Source: a bacterium (GTDB lineage Bacteria; Desulfobacterota_D; UBA1144). Taken from it: DNA of 64,000 nt. Under the pieces are notes generated by a model. The model had not been told where the DNA came from. It searched no databases and saw only the letters and a program-made list of their open reading frames with translations. The DNA is taken from NCBI GenBank assembly GCA_018654605.1, contig JABILG010000018.1:24702-88701 (forward strand). Reading direction: 5' to 3'. A program made the position numbers and the translations under genes. Of the stretch, positions 18,848 through 31,694 are shown in pieces. The stretch's first letter is position 1. Each line of letters begins with the position of its first letter.

Positions 18848-19404
18848 TACTTAGCACCTTTTCCGCCTGCAGCCTTACCTGCTTTTAATTTTACTACTTC
18901 TCCAGTATACCTAACACCCTTACCTTTATATCTTTCTGGCTTTCTAAGCTTACGAATCCTAGCAGTGACTTCACCTACCAATTCTTTATCAACGCCAGAT
19001 ATCTTTAGCAAAGTTCCTTTATTTTCAACTTCAGCATCTATAGACTCAGGCAAGTTAAAGTTTATTGGGTTCGAATATCCCAAGTTTAAGACTAACTCAT
19101 TTTTAGATTTAACATCACATTTATAACCTGTTCCTATTATATCTAATGATTTTTGAAAACCTTCTTTAACCCCAATAACCATATTATTAACTAAGGATCT
19201 AGTAAGACCATGGAAGGCTTTTATTCTTTTCTCCTCACTATTCCTACTAACATTAACTCTTCCTGCCTCTATATTAAGAGTTATACCTTCTGGTATTGAT
19301 CTTTGAAGGATACCTTTTGGTCCTGAGATTTTTACTACGTTGCCCTCTAAGACTACTTCAACATCTTCACTGAAAACAATTTCTTTATTACCTATTCTTG
19401 ACAT
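18847..19404 (-). CDS. rplF: 50S ribosomal protein L6
   Basis: MSRIG, GPKG, HGLTRSL, RKPERYKGKGVRY. Confidence 0.98.
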   Translation of the reverse strand: MSRIGNKEIVFSEDVEVVLEGNVVKISGPKGILQRSIPEGITLNIEAGRVNVSRNSEEKRIKAFHGLTRSLVNNMVIGVKEGFQKSLDIIGTGYKCDVKSKNELVLNLGYSNPINFNLPESIDAEVENKGTLLKISGVDKELVGEVTARIRKLRKPERYKGKGVRYTGEVVKLKAGKAAGGKGAK

Positions 19405-19412
19405 AACTACAC

Positions 19413-19811
19413 CTATATAATACTACAGAGTATTTCTCCACCAACTCCTATTTCTCTAGCCTTACTTCCGGTCATAACACCTTTTGATGTTGATATGATT
19501 GAAGTACCTAAACCGCCTAGTATTCTAGGAATCTCTGTTTTGTTAACATAAACTCTTAGACCGGGCTTGCTTATTCTTTTGATTTCTTTTATAACCGACG
19601 TTCTTTTATCTTTGCTATATTTTAAATTAATTTTAATGAAGGAAAATTTATCTTTTGAAATTTTATCAAATGATTGAATAAATCCTTCCTCTTCAAGAAT
19701 CTTTGCAATTTGAAGCTTAAACTTTGAATTAGGTATTTCGACAGCTTTATGTCTTGCATTGATTGCATTTCTAATTCTTGTTAACATATCTGATATTGGG
19801 TCTGTAACCAT
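19413..19811 (-). CDS. rpsH: 30S ribosomal protein S8
   Basis: [31 protein letters not shown]. Confidence 0.98.
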   Translation of the reverse strand: MVTDPISDMLTRIRNAINARHKAVEIPNSKFKLQIAKILEEEGFIQSFDKISKDKFSFIKINLKYSKDKRTSVIKEIKRISKPGLRVYVNKTEIPRILGGLGTSIISTSKGVMTGSKAREIGVGGEILCSII

Positions 19812-19826
19812 AATTTTATCCTCTGA

Positions 19827-20012
19827 CTATAAACTAGCCTTTCTAACTCCTGGTATTAAGCCTTCGCTTGCAAGTTTCCTAAATGCGTTCCTACTCATAC
19901 CAAACTTTCTAATAAATCCCCTTGCTCTTCCTGTTATTGGGCACCTATTATATTCTCTTACCTTAAATTTTTGCTTCTTCTTTGCTTTTACAATCATTGA
20001 TTTTTTTGCCAT
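19827..20012 (-). CDS. rpsN: 30S ribosomal protein S14, 61-aa form with only one Cys
   Basis: [36 protein letters not shown]. Confidence 0.96.
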   Translation of the reverse strand: MAKKSMIVKAKKKQKFKVREYNRCPITGRARGFIRKFGMSRNAFRKLASEGLIPGVRKASL

Positions 20013-20024
20013 CTATATACTCTC

Positions 20025-20570
20025 CTAACGCTTGAATGGAAACCCTAACTTTTCTAATAAAATTTTAGACTGCGAATCATTCCTAGCGGTTGTCACTATT
20101 GTTACATTTAGCCCTTTAACTTTAGTTGATTTTGTTGGATCAATTTCAGGAAATACTAAATGATCTTGGATTCCTAAGTTGTAATTACCGCTTTTATCAA
20201 AAGCTTTATTTGATATCCCTCTAAAGTCCCTAACTCTAGGAAGAGCCAAGTTCACTAGTTTTGATAAAAATTCATACATTCTATCTCCTCTTAGTGTTAC
20301 TCTAGAGCCTATTGGATAACCTTCTCTCAATTTAAATCCAGCCTCTGATTTCTTTGCTTTAGTTACGACTGCTTTTTGACCTGCAATTAATGTAAGTTCG
20401 TTACATGCTTCATCAATTATTTTAGTATCTTTACCAGCATCTGATATCTTTCCGAGTCCCATATTTAAAACAACCTTAACTATTTTAGGAACTTCCATTT
20501 TATTTTTTAATTTTAAAGAGCTCATAATGGTAGGTATGGACTCTATATATAGTTCTTTAATACTAGACAT
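20025..20570 (-). CDS. rplE: 50S ribosomal protein L5
   Basis: VPKIVKVVLNMG, GQK, FKLREG, LPRVRDFRG, FPEI. Confidence 0.98.
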   Translation of the reverse strand: MSSIKELYIESIPTIMSSLKLKNKMEVPKIVKVVLNMGLGKISDAGKDTKIIDEACNELTLIAGQKAVVTKAKKSEAGFKLREGYPIGSRVTLRGDRMYEFLSKLVNLALPRVRDFRGISNKAFDKSGNYNLGIQDHLVFPEIDPTKSTKVKGLNVTIVTTARNDSQSKILLEKLGFPFKR

Positions 20571-20802
20571 TTCCTATCACCTTTATGTTTGATATATGAA
20601 TACCTTTTTCTATATTAACAATCCCACCACTTGGATTTTGTTGGGTTGGCTTAACATGCTTCTTTGCAATATTTATATTCTCTATAGTTACTCGATCAAG
20701 TTTACTTGATACACTTGTTATTTTTCCAACTTGTCCTTTATACTTTCCAGCTATAATTTTAGCATTTAGTCCTTTTTTTGGTTTTAATTTTAAGTCTGAC
20801 AT
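20563..20802 (-). CDS. rplX: 50S ribosomal protein L24 (short, 79 aa)
   Basis: IAGKYKG, KKHVKP, GGIV..E..IHISNI; position between rplN and rplE. Confidence 0.93.
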   Translation of the reverse strand: MSDLKLKPKKGLNAKIIAGKYKGQVGKITSVSSKLDRVTIENINIAKKHVKPTQQNPSGGIVNIEKGIHISNIKVIGNV

Positions 20803-21171
20803 TTATATAACCTCCGGAGCTAAGGATACAATCTTCATGAAACCTCTATTTCTTAACTCTCTTGCGACAGGTCCAAATATTCTGGTCCCAACAGGTTGAT
20901 TATCTTTATTAATTAAAACGGCTGCATTATCATCAAATCTAATATATGAACCATCTGACCTTCTTATTTCTTTTTTAGTTCTTACAATAACTGCTTGAAA
21001 TATTTTACCTTTCTCAACTTTTGAGTTAGGAATAGCTGCTCTTATAGAAACTGTTACAATATCTCCTATACTAGCATAGCGTCTATATGAACCACCTTTA
21101 AGCCTTATAACATTCAATTTTTTGGCTCCTGAATTATCAGCGGAAACTAACTGAGTTTCTGGTTGAATCAT
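20803..21171 (-). CDS. rplN: 50S ribosomal protein L14
   Basis: MIQ...[26 protein letters not shown]. Confidence 0.98.
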   Translation of the reverse strand: MIQPETQLVSADNSGAKKLNVIRLKGGSYRRYASIGDIVTVSIRAAIPNSKVEKGKIFQAVIVRTKKEIRRSDGSYIRFDDNAAVLINKDNQPVGTRIFGPVARELRNRGFMKIVSLAPEVI

Positions 21172-21428
21172 TGACTAGCTCCTTTCTCTATGACTTTAAT
21201 TAAATTCCATTTTTTTGTTTTACTAATAGGCTTTGTTTCTACGGCTTCGATTATATCTCCCACTTCTGCAACCATTTTTTCATCATGAACAGGAAACTTC
21301 TTTTTAAGAATAGAAACCTTATCATATTTCTTATTCTTACTCCTAGTTTCAATTTGAACCATTAATGTTTTTAAAGATGAGTTTTTAACTACTAGTCCTT
21401 TAACTGTTCTCATTCTTCCTCTAGACAT
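21168..21428 (-). CDS. rpsQ: 30S ribosomal protein S17
   Basis: [19 protein letters not shown]. Confidence 0.95.
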   Translation of the reverse strand: MSRGRMRTVKGLVVKNSSLKTLMVQIETRSKNKKYDKVSILKKKFPVHDEKMVAEVGDIIEAVETKPISKTKKWNLIKVIEKGASQ

Positions 21429-21431
21429 AAC

Positions 21432-21626
21432 TTATTCCTTCCCTCTTGAATTTATTTCTGTCATACACCTAGCTATATCTTTTTTTATTTTCTTATAGCT
21501 ATTAGTATCAAAATCACCCTGATTCAACTTATTAATTTTAGCTTTGAGTAATGAATCTTTTAATTCTTGGATCTTATTCTCAATCTCTATTGTATCTAGT
21601 TTTTTAATATCCTTAGTATAAATCAT
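21432..21626 (-). CDS. rpmC: 50S ribosomal protein L29
   Basis: 64 aa, KKDIARCMT; position after rplP. Confidence 0.9.
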   Translation of the reverse strand: MIYTKDIKKLDTIEIENKIQELKDSLLKAKINKLNQGDFDTNSYKKIKKDIARCMTEINSRGKE

Positions 21627-22045
21627 ATCAACTGTCCCCTTGTTCTTACTACAAACCTAGTTCTAACAGGCAGTTTATTTGAGGCTAATCTAAGTGCTTC
21701 CCTAGCTAATTCTTCATCTACTCCAGCAATTTCATATATCATTGTCCCTTTTTTAATTGGTGCAACATATCTATCAATATCACCCTTACCTTTACCCATT
21801 CTAACCTCTGCAGGTTTCTTGGAAACTGGCTTATGTGGAAAAATTCTTATCCACAATTTAGCTCCACGTCTTACGCTCCTATTGATTGCAATCCTTGCAG
21901 CCTCTATTTGTCTTCCGGTAATTCTTGCAAAATCTAGCGACTGTAAGCCAAACTCTCCAAAAGAGACTTTGTTACACTTTGTTGCCACGCCTCTAACTCT
22001 ACCTTTATGTTGCTTTCTATATTTACTTTTCTTAGGCTGCAGCAT
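21623..22045 (-). CDS. rplP: 50S ribosomal protein L16
   Basis: [32 protein letters not shown]. Confidence 0.98.
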   Translation of the reverse strand: MLQPKKSKYRKQHKGRVRGVATKCNKVSFGEFGLQSLDFARITGRQIEAARIAINRSVRRGAKLWIRIFPHKPVSKKPAEVRMGKGKGDIDRYVAPIKKGTMIYEIAGVDEELAREALRLASNKLPVRTRFVVRTRGQLI

Positions 22046-22703
22046 TTGCTTCTCCTTTAGGTTGTTTTTTTCTCAATACTTCGCCCTTAAAAATCCATAC
22101 TTTAATTCCAATCTTACCGTAAGTAGTATTTGCTTCGGCAAAACCATAATCTATATCCGCTCTTAGTGTACTCAAAGGAACTCTACCTTCTCTGTACCAC
22201 TCACTTCTAGCAATTTCTGCACCATTTAGCCTTCCAGAAACCATGATTTTTATTCCAATTGCACCTAATCTTAAAGCAGAGGTTAGACTCCTCTTCATTG
22301 CTCTTCTATAAGCAACTCTTCTTTCTAATTGTAGTCCGATATTTTCTGCAACTAGCTGTGAATCAATCTCTGGTCTTTTAATTTCCTTGATATCAATAAA
22401 GATTTCTTTGCTAACCATTTTTGACAAATTCTTTCTTAACAAATCGATATCTGCACCTTTTCTGCCAATTAACAATCCAGGTTTAGAACAGAAAATTATT
22501 ATTCTAATTTTATCAGTTGACGATCTTTCTATTTCAATCTTAGATATTCCTGACTGAAAGAAATTCTTTTTTATAAAAGTCCTAATTTTTAAGTCTTCAT
22601 GAAGAAAAGTTTTATAAGTATCTTTATTAGCGACAAACCAATTAGAATTCCATGTTCTCGTAATTCCGACTCTTATTGATATTGGATTTACTTTTTGTCC
22701 CAT
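22032..22703 (-). CDS. rpsC: 30S ribosomal protein S3
   Basis: [37 protein letters not shown]. Confidence 0.98.
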   Translation of the reverse strand: MGQKVNPISIRVGITRTWNSNWFVANKDTYKTFLHEDLKIRTFIKKNFFQSGISKIEIERSSTDKIRIIIFCSKPGLLIGRKGADIDLLRKNLSKMVSKEIFIDIKEIKRPEIDSQLVAENIGLQLERRVAYRRAMKRSLTSALRLGAIGIKIMVSGRLNGAEIARSEWYREGRVPLSTLRADIDYGFAEANTTYGKIGIKVWIFKGEVLRKKQPKGEANAAA

Positions 22704-23041
22704 TATTTCACCTTCTCATCTAATACTATAGTTATATGACTCAATCTTTTTAGTTTTCTTGTTGCTCTTCCCATCGCTCTAGGTGTAAATCTTTTTAAAG
22801 TTGTTCCTTCTGTAGCATAAGCTTCGGATACAAAAATTTTTTCAGAATCTGTAAAACCTTTTTCATATGCATTTGAGACTGCAGATTTTAATGTTTTAGA
22901 TACTTCTTCCTTAGAACCTTGCTTTAATGTTTTCAAAAGCATAAAAGCATAATCAACATTTCTACCTCTAATTGTTTCCAATACTAAGTTAACCTTCCTA
23001 GGTGTTCTTCTAGCATATTTAAGTATCGCTTTTGCTATCAT
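22703..23041 (-). CDS. rplV: 50S ribosomal protein L22
   Basis: [28 protein letters not shown]. Confidence 0.97.
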   Translation of the reverse strand: MIAKAILKYARRTPRKVNLVLETIRGRNVDYAFMLLKTLKQGSKEEVSKTLKSAVSNAYEKGFTDSEKIFVSEAYATEGTTLKRFTPRAMGRATRKLKRLSHITIVLDEKVK

Positions 23042-23322
23042 TACCTACCACCCTTCTTTTTGTCTCCACCGGCATGAGAATTAAATGTTCTAGTCGGAGA
23101 AAATTCCCCTAATTTGTGACCCAACATATACTCTGTTGCATAAACAGGTATAAACTTCTTGCCGTTATAAACAGCAAATGTGAGTCCAAGCATATCAGGA
23201 ACAATCATTGACCTTCTTGACCAGGTTTTAATTATCTTTTGACTGTCAGTTTCCTTTGCTTTTACAACCTTCTTCATTAACTTGTCGTCAACGAAGGGTC
23301 CTTTTTTTATCGATCTACCCAT
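23041..23322 (-). CDS. rpsS: 30S ribosomal protein S19
   Basis: [29 protein letters not shown]. Confidence 0.98.
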   Translation of the reverse strand: MGRSIKKGPFVDDKLMKKVVKAKETDSQKIIKTWSRRSMIVPDMLGLTFAVYNGKKFIPVYATEYMLGHKLGEFSPTRTFNSHAGGDKKKGGR

Positions 23323-23331
23323 TTTCTATAA

Positions 23332-24180
23332 TCACCTCTTGTCCATTCCGTAACCGATTCGTCTTCTCTTAACAATTAATTTATCAGTTCTTGGATTATG
23401 CCTTGTTTTCTTACCTATTGTTATCCAACCCCACTTAGAAACTGGATGTGGATTACCTCTGGCTGCTTTACCTTCACCGCCTCCATGAGGATGATCGACT
23501 GGATTCATTGCAACACCTCTTACTTTTGGTCTTCTACCAAGATGACGATTTCTCCCAGCTTTTCCAATTACAATTTGATTGTGCTTGTCGTTGCCTAACT
23601 TGCCAATAGTTGCTCTGCAAATAGAACGTACATATCTTGTTTCACCAGAACTCAACTTAATCATAGTTAAATCCTTTTCATTTCCTAGTACCTGAGCATA
23701 GGCACCAGCTGATCTAGCTAATTTCCCACCATTGCCAGGTGACAATTCAATATTATGGATGATTGTTCCTTCTGGAATATTCTTTAGCTCCAAAGAATTA
23801 CCAGTGATAATTTCAGTTTTTGAAGAAGCAATAATTCTATCTCCAACTTTTATACCTAATGGAGCTAAAATATATCTCTTTTCTCCATCCAAATAGTTTA
23901 TAAGTGCTATTCTAGATGTCCTATTAGGGTCATACTCAATAGTTTTTACTATACCAGGGACATCAATTTTATCTCTTTTAAAATCAATAATTCTATAAAG
24001 CTGCTTGTGTCCACCACCTCTACTCTTAGAGGTAATCCTTCCTAGATTATTTCTACCTTTTTTATTATGTGAGTATGTTAGCAAAGGCTTATAGGGAGAT
24101 TTAGTTGTTATCTCGTCATAATCAGCTGATGTCATAAATCTTCGACCAGCACTAGTAGGTTTATATTTTCTAATTCCCAT
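23332..24180 (-). CDS. rplB: 50S ribosomal protein L2
   Basis: [33 protein letters not shown]. Confidence 0.98.
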   Translation of the reverse strand: MGIRKYKPTSAGRRFMTSADYDEITTKSPYKPLLTYSHNKKGRNNLGRITSKSRGGGHKQLYRIIDFKRDKIDVPGIVKTIEYDPNRTSRIALINYLDGEKRYILAPLGIKVGDRIIASSKTEIITGNSLELKNIPEGTIIHNIELSPGNGGKLARSAGAYAQVLGNEKDLTMIKLSSGETRYVRSICRATIGKLGNDKHNQIVIGKAGRNRHLGRRPKVRGVAMNPVDHPHGGGEGKAARGNPHPVSKWGWITIGKKTRHNPRTDKLIVKRRRIGYGMDKR

Positions 24181-24181
24181 A

Positions 24182-24472
24182 CTAAACTCCTTGTACTATT
24201 TCTATCTTTCCTTCTTTGAGTGTTACAAATGCTTTCTTTTGCTTTGACCTCTTTCCGATTGGTCTACCGCCTTTCATGACTTTTTTGCCAGGCTTTATAG
24301 ATGTCCTTATATCTTTAACTTTTACATCAAAGAATTTTTGAACTGCATCTCTTATTTCATTTTTTGTAGATTTTGGATTAACTTCGAACACGTAACACTC
24401 TTCTTGGCTCATTGCTTGAGTTTTCTCGGTTACTAGAGGCTTAATTATTATATCTGAAACATATTTTTTCAT
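24182..24472 (-). CDS. rplW: 50S ribosomal protein L23
   Basis: [19 protein letters not shown]. Confidence 0.96.
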   Translation of the reverse strand: MKKYVSDIIIKPLVTEKTQAMSQEECYVFEVNPKSTKNEIRDAVQKFFDVKVKDIRTSIKPGKKVMKGGRPIGKRSKQKKAFVTLKEGKIEIVQGV

Positions 24473-25089
24473 TATTTTAACCTCTCAACTAATGTTGTAA
24501 GAGTTGCTTTATCAATCAATATTGACTTGTAGTTAAGTAAGTCGTAAACATTAACACCTTCTGATTTAATTAATTTTAGCTTTTCAATATTTCTTGAAGC
24601 AAGATTAATGTTCTCGCTCTCTGTGTCAGAAACTATTAATAATTTATCTGCTAATTTAAATGGCTTTAGAAGAGAAATTAAATCTTTAGTCTTATGACTC
24701 TTAAGATCTATCACATCTACTACTGTAATTGTTTCTTGCTTTAGTTTGTATAAAACACTATGAAACAAAGCTAATTTCTTTATTTTCTTTGGTACATTAA
24801 TAGACCAATCTTTAGGTGTAGGACCAAATATTACACCCCCACCACGCCAAATAGGTGACGTCCTAGAGCCAGCTCTAGCATTTCCAGTACCTTTCTGCTT
24901 AAATGGTTTTTTATTACTGGCATTAACCATGGCACGGTTTTTAGTTGACGCCGTCCCTGATCTTCTTTTAGAAAGCTGCCACTTTACTACCTGACTAATG
25001 GCTTTCCTATTGATTTCAACATTATCATCAAAGTTTAAATCAAACTTTTCTATTTCTTTATTCTTAATATCTACTATGCCAATATTCAT
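24472..25089 (-). CDS. rplD: 50S ribosomal protein L4
   Basis: RSGTASTK, KPFKQKGTGNARAGS, GGGVIFGP. Confidence 0.97.
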   Translation of the reverse strand: MNIGIVDIKNKEIEKFDLNFDDNVEINRKAISQVVKWQLSKRRSGTASTKNRAMVNASNKKPFKQKGTGNARAGSRTSPIWRGGGVIFGPTPKDWSINVPKKIKKLALFHSVLYKLKQETITVVDVIDLKSHKTKDLISLLKPFKLADKLLIVSDTESENINLASRNIEKLKLIKSEGVNVYDLLNYKSILIDKATLTTLVERLK

Positions 25090-25829
25090 TAACCTTTCCT
25101 TGTATGGTTCACATAAACTACAGAGCCATTGGAACCAGGGACAGAACCCTTTATTAAAATTAAATTATCTTCTAAATCAATTCCTAAAACTTTTAAGCCT
25201 TGAATTGTTGAATTCTTGCCACCATATCTACCTGCCATTTTTTGACCTTTCCATACCCTTCCAGGATAAGCACAAGCTCCAATGGAGCCGCCTGACCTTT
25301 GGTTTTGGGGTGTTCCATGAGTATGTCTCAGTCCAGCAAAATTATGACGCTTAATAACACCTGCAAAGCCTCTTCCTTTAGATTTAGAAGTAACATCTGC
25401 AATATCACCTTCTTTGAATATATCAGCTTTAATCTCTTCACCAGGTTTAATTTCTACTTCAGGATTTAATAAATCAAATTCTTTGACGTATTTTATTGGT
25501 TTAACTTTTAATTTTGATAAATACCCTAGCTTTGATTTTGTAAGCAATCTAGGCTTTGCTTCTTGGAAGCCGATTTTGAGCGAAGTCTTATCTTTTTTTA
25601 CTTTCTTTTCTAAAGCTAAGCAAGGTCCTAGTTTAATCACTGTAGTTGGAACAACTGTTCCATCATCTGTAATAGTTTGTGTCATGCCAACCTTAGTGCC
25701 AATCAAGCCACTAAGCTTTATTTCAGACCCACTGGGCATATCTAACGATGATGACTCTTCAGGACTATCTGTTGAAGGTTCAGCAGTATCTAAATCTTTT
25801 TTCTCTTTAACTTCTATATCATCTGACAT
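25089..25829 (-). CDS. rplC: 50S ribosomal protein L3 with acidic N-terminal extension
   Basis: GTKVGMTQ, SKGRGFAGVIKRHNF, PGRVWKGQKMAG, KGSVPG. Confidence 0.97.
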   Translation of the reverse strand: MSDDIEVKEKKDLDTAEPSTDSPEESSSLDMPSGSEIKLSGLIGTKVGMTQTITDDGTVVPTTVIKLGPCLALEKKVKKDKTSLKIGFQEAKPRLLTKSKLGYLSKLKVKPIKYVKEFDLLNPEVEIKPGEEIKADIFKEGDIADVTSKSKGRGFAGVIKRHNFAGLRHTHGTPQNQRSGGSIGACAYPGRVWKGQKMAGRYGGKNSTIQGLKVLGIDLEDNLILIKGSVPGSNGSVVYVNHTRKG

Positions 25830-26150
25830 CTAAACACCTTGTAATTTGATTTCTACCTCTACACCGGAAGCTAAATCAAGCTTCATTAACGAGTCAATGG
25901 TTTGCTGGGTAGGTTCAAGAATATCAACAAGGCGCTTATGTGTTCTCATCTCAAAATGTTCACGAGAATTTTTGTAAACATGAGGAGCTCTTAAAACACA
26001 AGTTCTAGATATATTGGTCGGAAGTGGTATCGGACCTGCAACCTTAGCACCGGTTCTCTTAACCGTGTCAACAATCTCAAAAGTAGACTTATCTAATAAT
26101 CTATGATCAAAAGATTTAAGTTTTATTCTTACTTTTGGTGCGGTTTCCAT
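25830..26150 (-). CDS. rpsJ: 30S ribosomal protein S10
   Basis: [33 protein letters not shown]; ATG at 26150. Confidence 0.98.
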   Translation of the reverse strand: METAPKVRIKLKSFDHRLLDKSTFEIVDTVKRTGAKVAGPIPLPTNISRTCVLRAPHVYKNSREHFEMRTHKRLVDILEPTQQTIDSLMKLDLASGVEVEIKLQGV

Positions 26151-26172
26151 ATTTTCTCTCTTTGTATTAAAT

Positions 26173-27366
<1,194 letters not shown>

Positions 27367-27393
27367 ATTGTATGTCCCTCCTAAATAATGACA

Positions 27394-29466
27394 TTACGCT
27401 TCTTCTAATTTCATCTTTTCGTAAATATGCTGTGGCACATCACTATAAGTTGAAAACTCCATTGTAAATGTTGCACGGCCTTCTGTCAAGGAGCGTACAT
27501 CAGTGGCATATCCAAACATTTCAGATAAAGGAACCTCAGTTTGAACTCCTTGTAGCTCACCTCTTGATTCTGTGCCTTGAATTCTTCCTCTTCTTGAATT
27601 CAAATCGCCGATAACAGTTCCCATAAAATCTTCTGGAACTACAACTTCAACTTTCATAACTGGCTCCAGAACAACTGCCCCGGCTTTTCTTACAGCATCC
27701 TTAAATGCAAGAGATCCTGCAATTTTAAAAGCCATTTCTGATGAATCAACATCGTGAAAAGAACCATCATAAAGTGTTACTTTTACATCCACAACTTCAT
27801 ATCCGGCGACAACTCCGCCAAGCATTGCTTCTTTTACCCCTTTTTCTACAGCGGGTATGAATTCTTTTGGAATAGTTCCACCCTTAATTTTATCTACGAA
27901 TTCAAATCCTCCGCCAGTTTCTAGCGGCTCAATTTTAATCTTTACATGTCCATATTGACCTTTACCGCCAGTCTGTTTTATGTATTTTTGTTCTGCTTCA
28001 CTTTCTTTTCTAATAGTTTCTCGATATGCAACCTGCGGGGCCCCTACGTTAGCCTCAACACTAAATTCTCTTTTAAGTCTATCTACGATAATTTCAAGAT
28101 GAAGCTCACCCATTCCAGCAATAATAGTCTGGTTTGTTTCATGGTCAACTTTAACTTTAAATGATGGATCTTCTATCGCAAGTTTACTTAGAGCCATTCC
28201 TAATTTTTCCTGATCAGCCTTCGTATTTGGTTCAATTGCTACTGAAATTACAGGATCTGGGAAATTTAAACTTTCTAAAACTATAGGATTAGACTTATCA
28301 CATAAAGTTTCTCCGGTATAAGTATTTTTTAATCCAACGGCTGCGGCAATATCACCGGCACAAACAGAAGTAATGTCTTCTCTCTTGTCAGCATGCATTT
28401 TAAGTAGTCTTCCAACTCTTTCAGTTGCATTCTTAGTAGGATTAAAAACAGCTGATCCAGAGTTTAAAACTCCAGAGTATACCCTGATATATGTAATAGT
28501 TCCCACAAAAGGATCGGTCATAATTTTAAAAGCTAGAGCTGAGAGTGGTTCATCATCACTTGGTACTCTTTCCATTTCTTTGGATTCATCATCAACATCT
28601 GTTCCTTTAATCGGTGGTATATCCAAAGGTGATGGTAAGTACCTTTTTACAGCATCTAAAAGTAGCTGAACGCCCTTGTTTTTAAAGGCTGAGCCACATA
28701 TAACTGGAACAATGTCTAAATTGATTGTCTGCTTTCTTATAGCAGCAATTATTCTATCTCTATCAATATCTTTTCCTTCCAGATAATCTTCCATTATTGT
28801 TTCATCATTATCAGATAGTAATTCAAGCATATTGTCCCTTGTAGACTTAGCTTCTTCTAGGATTTCTTCAGGAATATCAACAAGACTAAACTTTGCTCCC
28901 AATGATTCCCCATCCCATATTGCTAGTTTCATTTCAATTAAATCAACAATCCCTTCAAAAAGATCATTCTTAAAATAAGGTATATGAAGTCTTACCGGAT
29001 TTGAACCCAAACGAGACTTTATTTGATCTACAGTTCTTTGAAAGTTTGCACCTGTACGATCCATTTTATTAACGAAACACATTCTTGGTACGTTATATCT
29101 GTCAGCTTGTCTCCAAACAGTCTCAGACTGTGGCTCTACGCCACCTACACTGTCAAAAACAACACATGCACCATCTAAAACCTTCAATGAACGCTCAACT
29201 TCAATTGTAAAGTCAACGTGCCCCGGCGTATCAATTATGTTTATATCTATACCGTCCCAACTACAAGCAGTAGTTGCCGAAGTAATTGTAATACCTCTTT
29301 CTCTTTCATGCTCCATCCAATCCATAGTGGCCGCGCCATCATGTACTTCGCCTATTTTGTAACTTTTTCCAGTATAAAAGAGAATTCTTTCAGTAGTTGT
29401 TGTTTTACCTGCATCGATATGTGCAACAATCCCAATATTTCTAACTAAATTTAAATCTTTACTCAT
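27394..29466 (-). CDS. fusA: Elongation factor G
   Basis: [38 protein letters not shown]. Confidence 0.99.
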   Translation of the reverse strand: MSKDLNLVRNIGIVAHIDAGKTTTTERILFYTGKSYKIGEVHDGAATMDWMEHERERGITITSATTACSWDGIDINIIDTPGHVDFTIEVERSLKVLDGACVVFDSVGGVEPQSETVWRQADRYNVPRMCFVNKMDRTGANFQRTVDQIKSRLGSNPVRLHIPYFKNDLFEGIVDLIEMKLAIWDGESLGAKFSLVDIPEEILEEAKSTRDNMLELLSDNDETIMEDYLEGKDIDRDRIIAAIRKQTINLDIVPVICGSAFKNKGVQLLLDAVKRYLPSPLDIPPIKGTDVDDESKEMERVPSDDEPLSALAFKIMTDPFVGTITYIRVYSGVLNSGSAVFNPTKNATERVGRLLKMHADKREDITSVCAGDIAAAVGLKNTYTGETLCDKSNPIVLESLNFPDPVISVAIEPNTKADQEKLGMALSKLAIEDPSFKVKVDHETNQTIIAGMGELHLEIIVDRLKREFSVEANVGAPQVAYRETIRKESEAEQKYIKQTGGKGQYGHVKIKIEPLETGGGFEFVDKIKGGTIPKEFIPAVEKGVKEAMLGGVVAGYEVVDVKVTLYDGSFHDVDSSEMAFKIAGSLAFKDAVRKAGAVVLEPVMKVEVVVPEDFMGTVIGDLNSRRGRIQGTESRGELQGVQTEVPLSEMFGYATDVRSLTEGRATFTMEFSTYSDVPQHIYEKMKLEEA

Positions 29467-29478
29467 TTTTAATACGAC

Positions 29479-29949
29479 CTACCAGCGATAGTGTGAGAAA
29501 GCTCTATTAGCTTCTGCCATTTTTAAAGTGTCTTCTTTTTTCTTTGCTGCTCCACCTTTGTTGTCTTTTGCATCCATAATCTCGGAAGCCAACTTTAAAG
29601 CCATGCTTTTACCATCTCTTTTTCTTGCAGCTGTTAAAATCCATCTGATAGCAAGAGAATTCTTTCGTGACGAGGTTACTTCAACCGGAACTTGATATGT
29701 CGCACCACCAACTCTCCTTGACCTTACTTCAACAGTAGGTTGAATATTCTTAAATGCTTCTTCAAAAACTTCTAATGGGTCAGCCTTCGTTTTATCCTTA
29801 ATTATATCCAATGAATCATAGAATATTGTCTCTGCTATACTTTTTTTGCCATCAACCATTAATGAGTTTATAAATTTAGATATGGACACCTTATTATACT
29901 TAGTATCAGGTGCTGGTATATTGTTTTTAATTGGTCCTTTTCTTGACAT
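29479..29949 (-). CDS. rpsG: 30S ribosomal protein S7
   Basis: [31 protein letters not shown]. Confidence 0.98.
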   Translation of the reverse strand: MSRKGPIKNNIPAPDTKYNKVSISKFINSLMVDGKKSIAETIFYDSLDIIKDKTKADPLEVFEEAFKNIQPTVEVRSRRVGGATYQVPVEVTSSRKNSLAIRWILTAARKRDGKSMALKLASEIMDAKDNKGGAAKKKEDTLKMAEANRAFSHYRW

Positions 29950-29963
29950 GTGAAAAAATATCC

Positions 29964-30341
29964 TTAATTAGCTTTTGGTTTTTTTGTCCCGTATTTAGAT
30001 CTAGACTGCTTTCTTCCCTCAACACCAGTAGTATCTAGAGAACCTCTTACTATATGATATCTAACACCAGGTAAGTCTTTGACTCTCCCGCCTCTAATTA
30101 ATACGACTGAATGTTCTTGCAATTTATGCCCTTCACCAGGAATGTAGCCAGTTACCTCAATTCCATTTGTAAGTCTAATTCTTGCAACTTTCCTTAAAGC
30201 AGAATTAGGCTTTTTAGGTGTAGTTGTATAAACACGTGTACAGACACCTCTTTTTTGGGGATTATTTTGCAATGCTCTAGACTTACTTTTCTTCTTTTCA
30301 GTAAATCTAGCATTTTTAGCTAGTTGAGTTATCGTAGGCAT
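29964..30341 (-). CDS. rpsL: 30S ribosomal protein S12
   Basis: [31 protein letters not shown]; ATG 30341 with GAGG RBS. Confidence 0.98.
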   Translation of the reverse strand: MPTITQLAKNARFTEKKKSKSRALQNNPQKRGVCTRVYTTTPKKPNSALRKVARIRLTNGIEVTGYIPGEGHKLQEHSVVLIRGGRVKDLPGVRYHIVRGSLDTTGVEGRKQSRSKYGTKKPKAN

Positions 30342-30365
30342 AATTTCCTCATATTTAATCCTTGA

Positions 30366-30393
30366 AATATGCCACACTTGTTTGGTATGTCAA
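30366..30393 (-). promoter_or_regulatory. Probable sigma70 promoter of the str/S10/spc/alpha superoperon
   Basis: Minus strand: TTGACA, 16-nt spacer ending TGG (extended -10 TG), then CATATT, about 25 nt upstream of the rpsL ATG. Confidence 0.6.
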
Positions 30394-30398
30394 GAGAG

Positions 30399-31673
30399 TT
30401 AAGCAATTTTTATTAGACCCTTCTTCCCTATATCTTTTCTGTAAACCAAATTAGTCGAATCTAGCTTGTCAACAGATCTATATGCTGATGAGATTGCATC
30501 TTTTAGAGTATCACCCTCAGCAGTTACCCCTAATACTCTTCCTCCATTGATATTAATGTCCCCATTTACTTTTCTTGTACCTGCATGAAAAATTTCTACA
30601 TTTTTGTCTTGAAACTCTGATAAGTTTTTAATTGGGATGCCAGTTTCATACTTTCCTGGATATCCTTTAGCGGCCATTACAACGGTAACTGAGGATTTTT
30701 TCTTCCATTCTAATTTATATTTAGAAAGTTCTTCTTTAGCTGTCATATAAAAGAGATCAAAAGCATCTGAATTTAATCTAAATAGAAGTGGTTGAGTTTC
30801 CGGATCACCAAAACGACAATTAAACTCTACTACTTTAGACTTTTTATCCTTTATCATTAAACCAATATACAAGACACCAGTATAGTCAATTCTATCTCTC
30901 TTAAATGCAGCGAAGACCGGATCTACAACATCAACCATTATATTTTCTCTGGTTTCTTGATCAACAATAGGCGCAGGAGAATAGGCTCCCATACCTCCAG
31001 TATTGGGACCAAGGTCACCATCGAGAAGCCTTTTGTGATCCTGAGATGAGTCTAATGGTAAGATTGATTTTCCATCTGTAAAAACAAAGAAAGAGGCTTC
31101 CTCACCTTCTAAAAAGTCTTCTATGACAACTTTATCACCAGAGGTCGAGAATATTTTATCTTGCATTATAAAGATTAAAAATTCATTTGCTTCTTCAAAA
31201 TTATAACAAACACGAACTCCTTTGCCAGCAGCTAAACCGTCAGCCTTAACAACTAAAGGATACTCTGATCTTTTAATATGTTCTCGTGCTAAATCAAAAT
31301 CAGAGAAGCTTTCAAAATTAGCAGTAGGTATATCATTCTTCTTCATAAAAATTTTAGAGAATTCTTTACTTGATTCGAGTTGAGATGAATGCTGGTTAGG
31401 TCCAAATATTAGTAATTTATTTCTTCTAAATAAGTCAACTATTCCAATTGCAAGTGGTTGCTCTGGTCCAACAATTGTTAAATCAATTTCTTCATTAAGT
31501 GCAAAATCTAGCAATCCGTCTAAGTCATCTAGTCTAATATTTACTATGTTTACAATTGAATCTATTCCTGCATTTCCAGGAGCACAAAAAACTTTAGATA
31601 CCTTTGGGCTTTTTAATATAGACCAACATATTGCATGCTCTCTGCCACCGGATCCAACGACTAACACTTTCAT
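30399..31673 (-). CDS. purD: Phosphoribosylamine-glycine ligase
   Basis: GSGGREHA, VGPE.PL, KADGLAAGKGV, QDHKR, GPNTGGMGAY, EFNCRFGDPE. Confidence 0.98.
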   Translation of the reverse strand: MKVLVVGSGGREHAICWSILKSPKVSKVFCAPGNAGIDSIVNIVNIRLDDLDGLLDFALNEEIDLTIVGPEQPLAIGIVDLFRRNKLLIFGPNQHSSQLESSKEFSKIFMKKNDIPTANFESFSDFDLAREHIKRSEYPLVVKADGLAAGKGVRVCYNFEEANEFLIFIMQDKIFSTSGDKVVIEDFLEGEEASFFVFTDGKSILPLDSSQDHKRLLDGDLGPNTGGMGAYSPAPIVDQETRENIMVDVVDPVFAAFKRDRIDYTGVLYIGLMIKDKKSKVVEFNCRFGDPETQPLLFRLNSDAFDLFYMTAKEELSKYKLEWKKKSSVTVVMAAKGYPGKYETGIPIKNLSEFQDKNVEIFHAGTRKVNGDININGGRVLGVTAEGDTLKDAISSAYRSVDKLDSTNLVYRKDIGKKGLIKIA

Positions 31674-31694
31674 GTTATAAATTATAATAAATTT

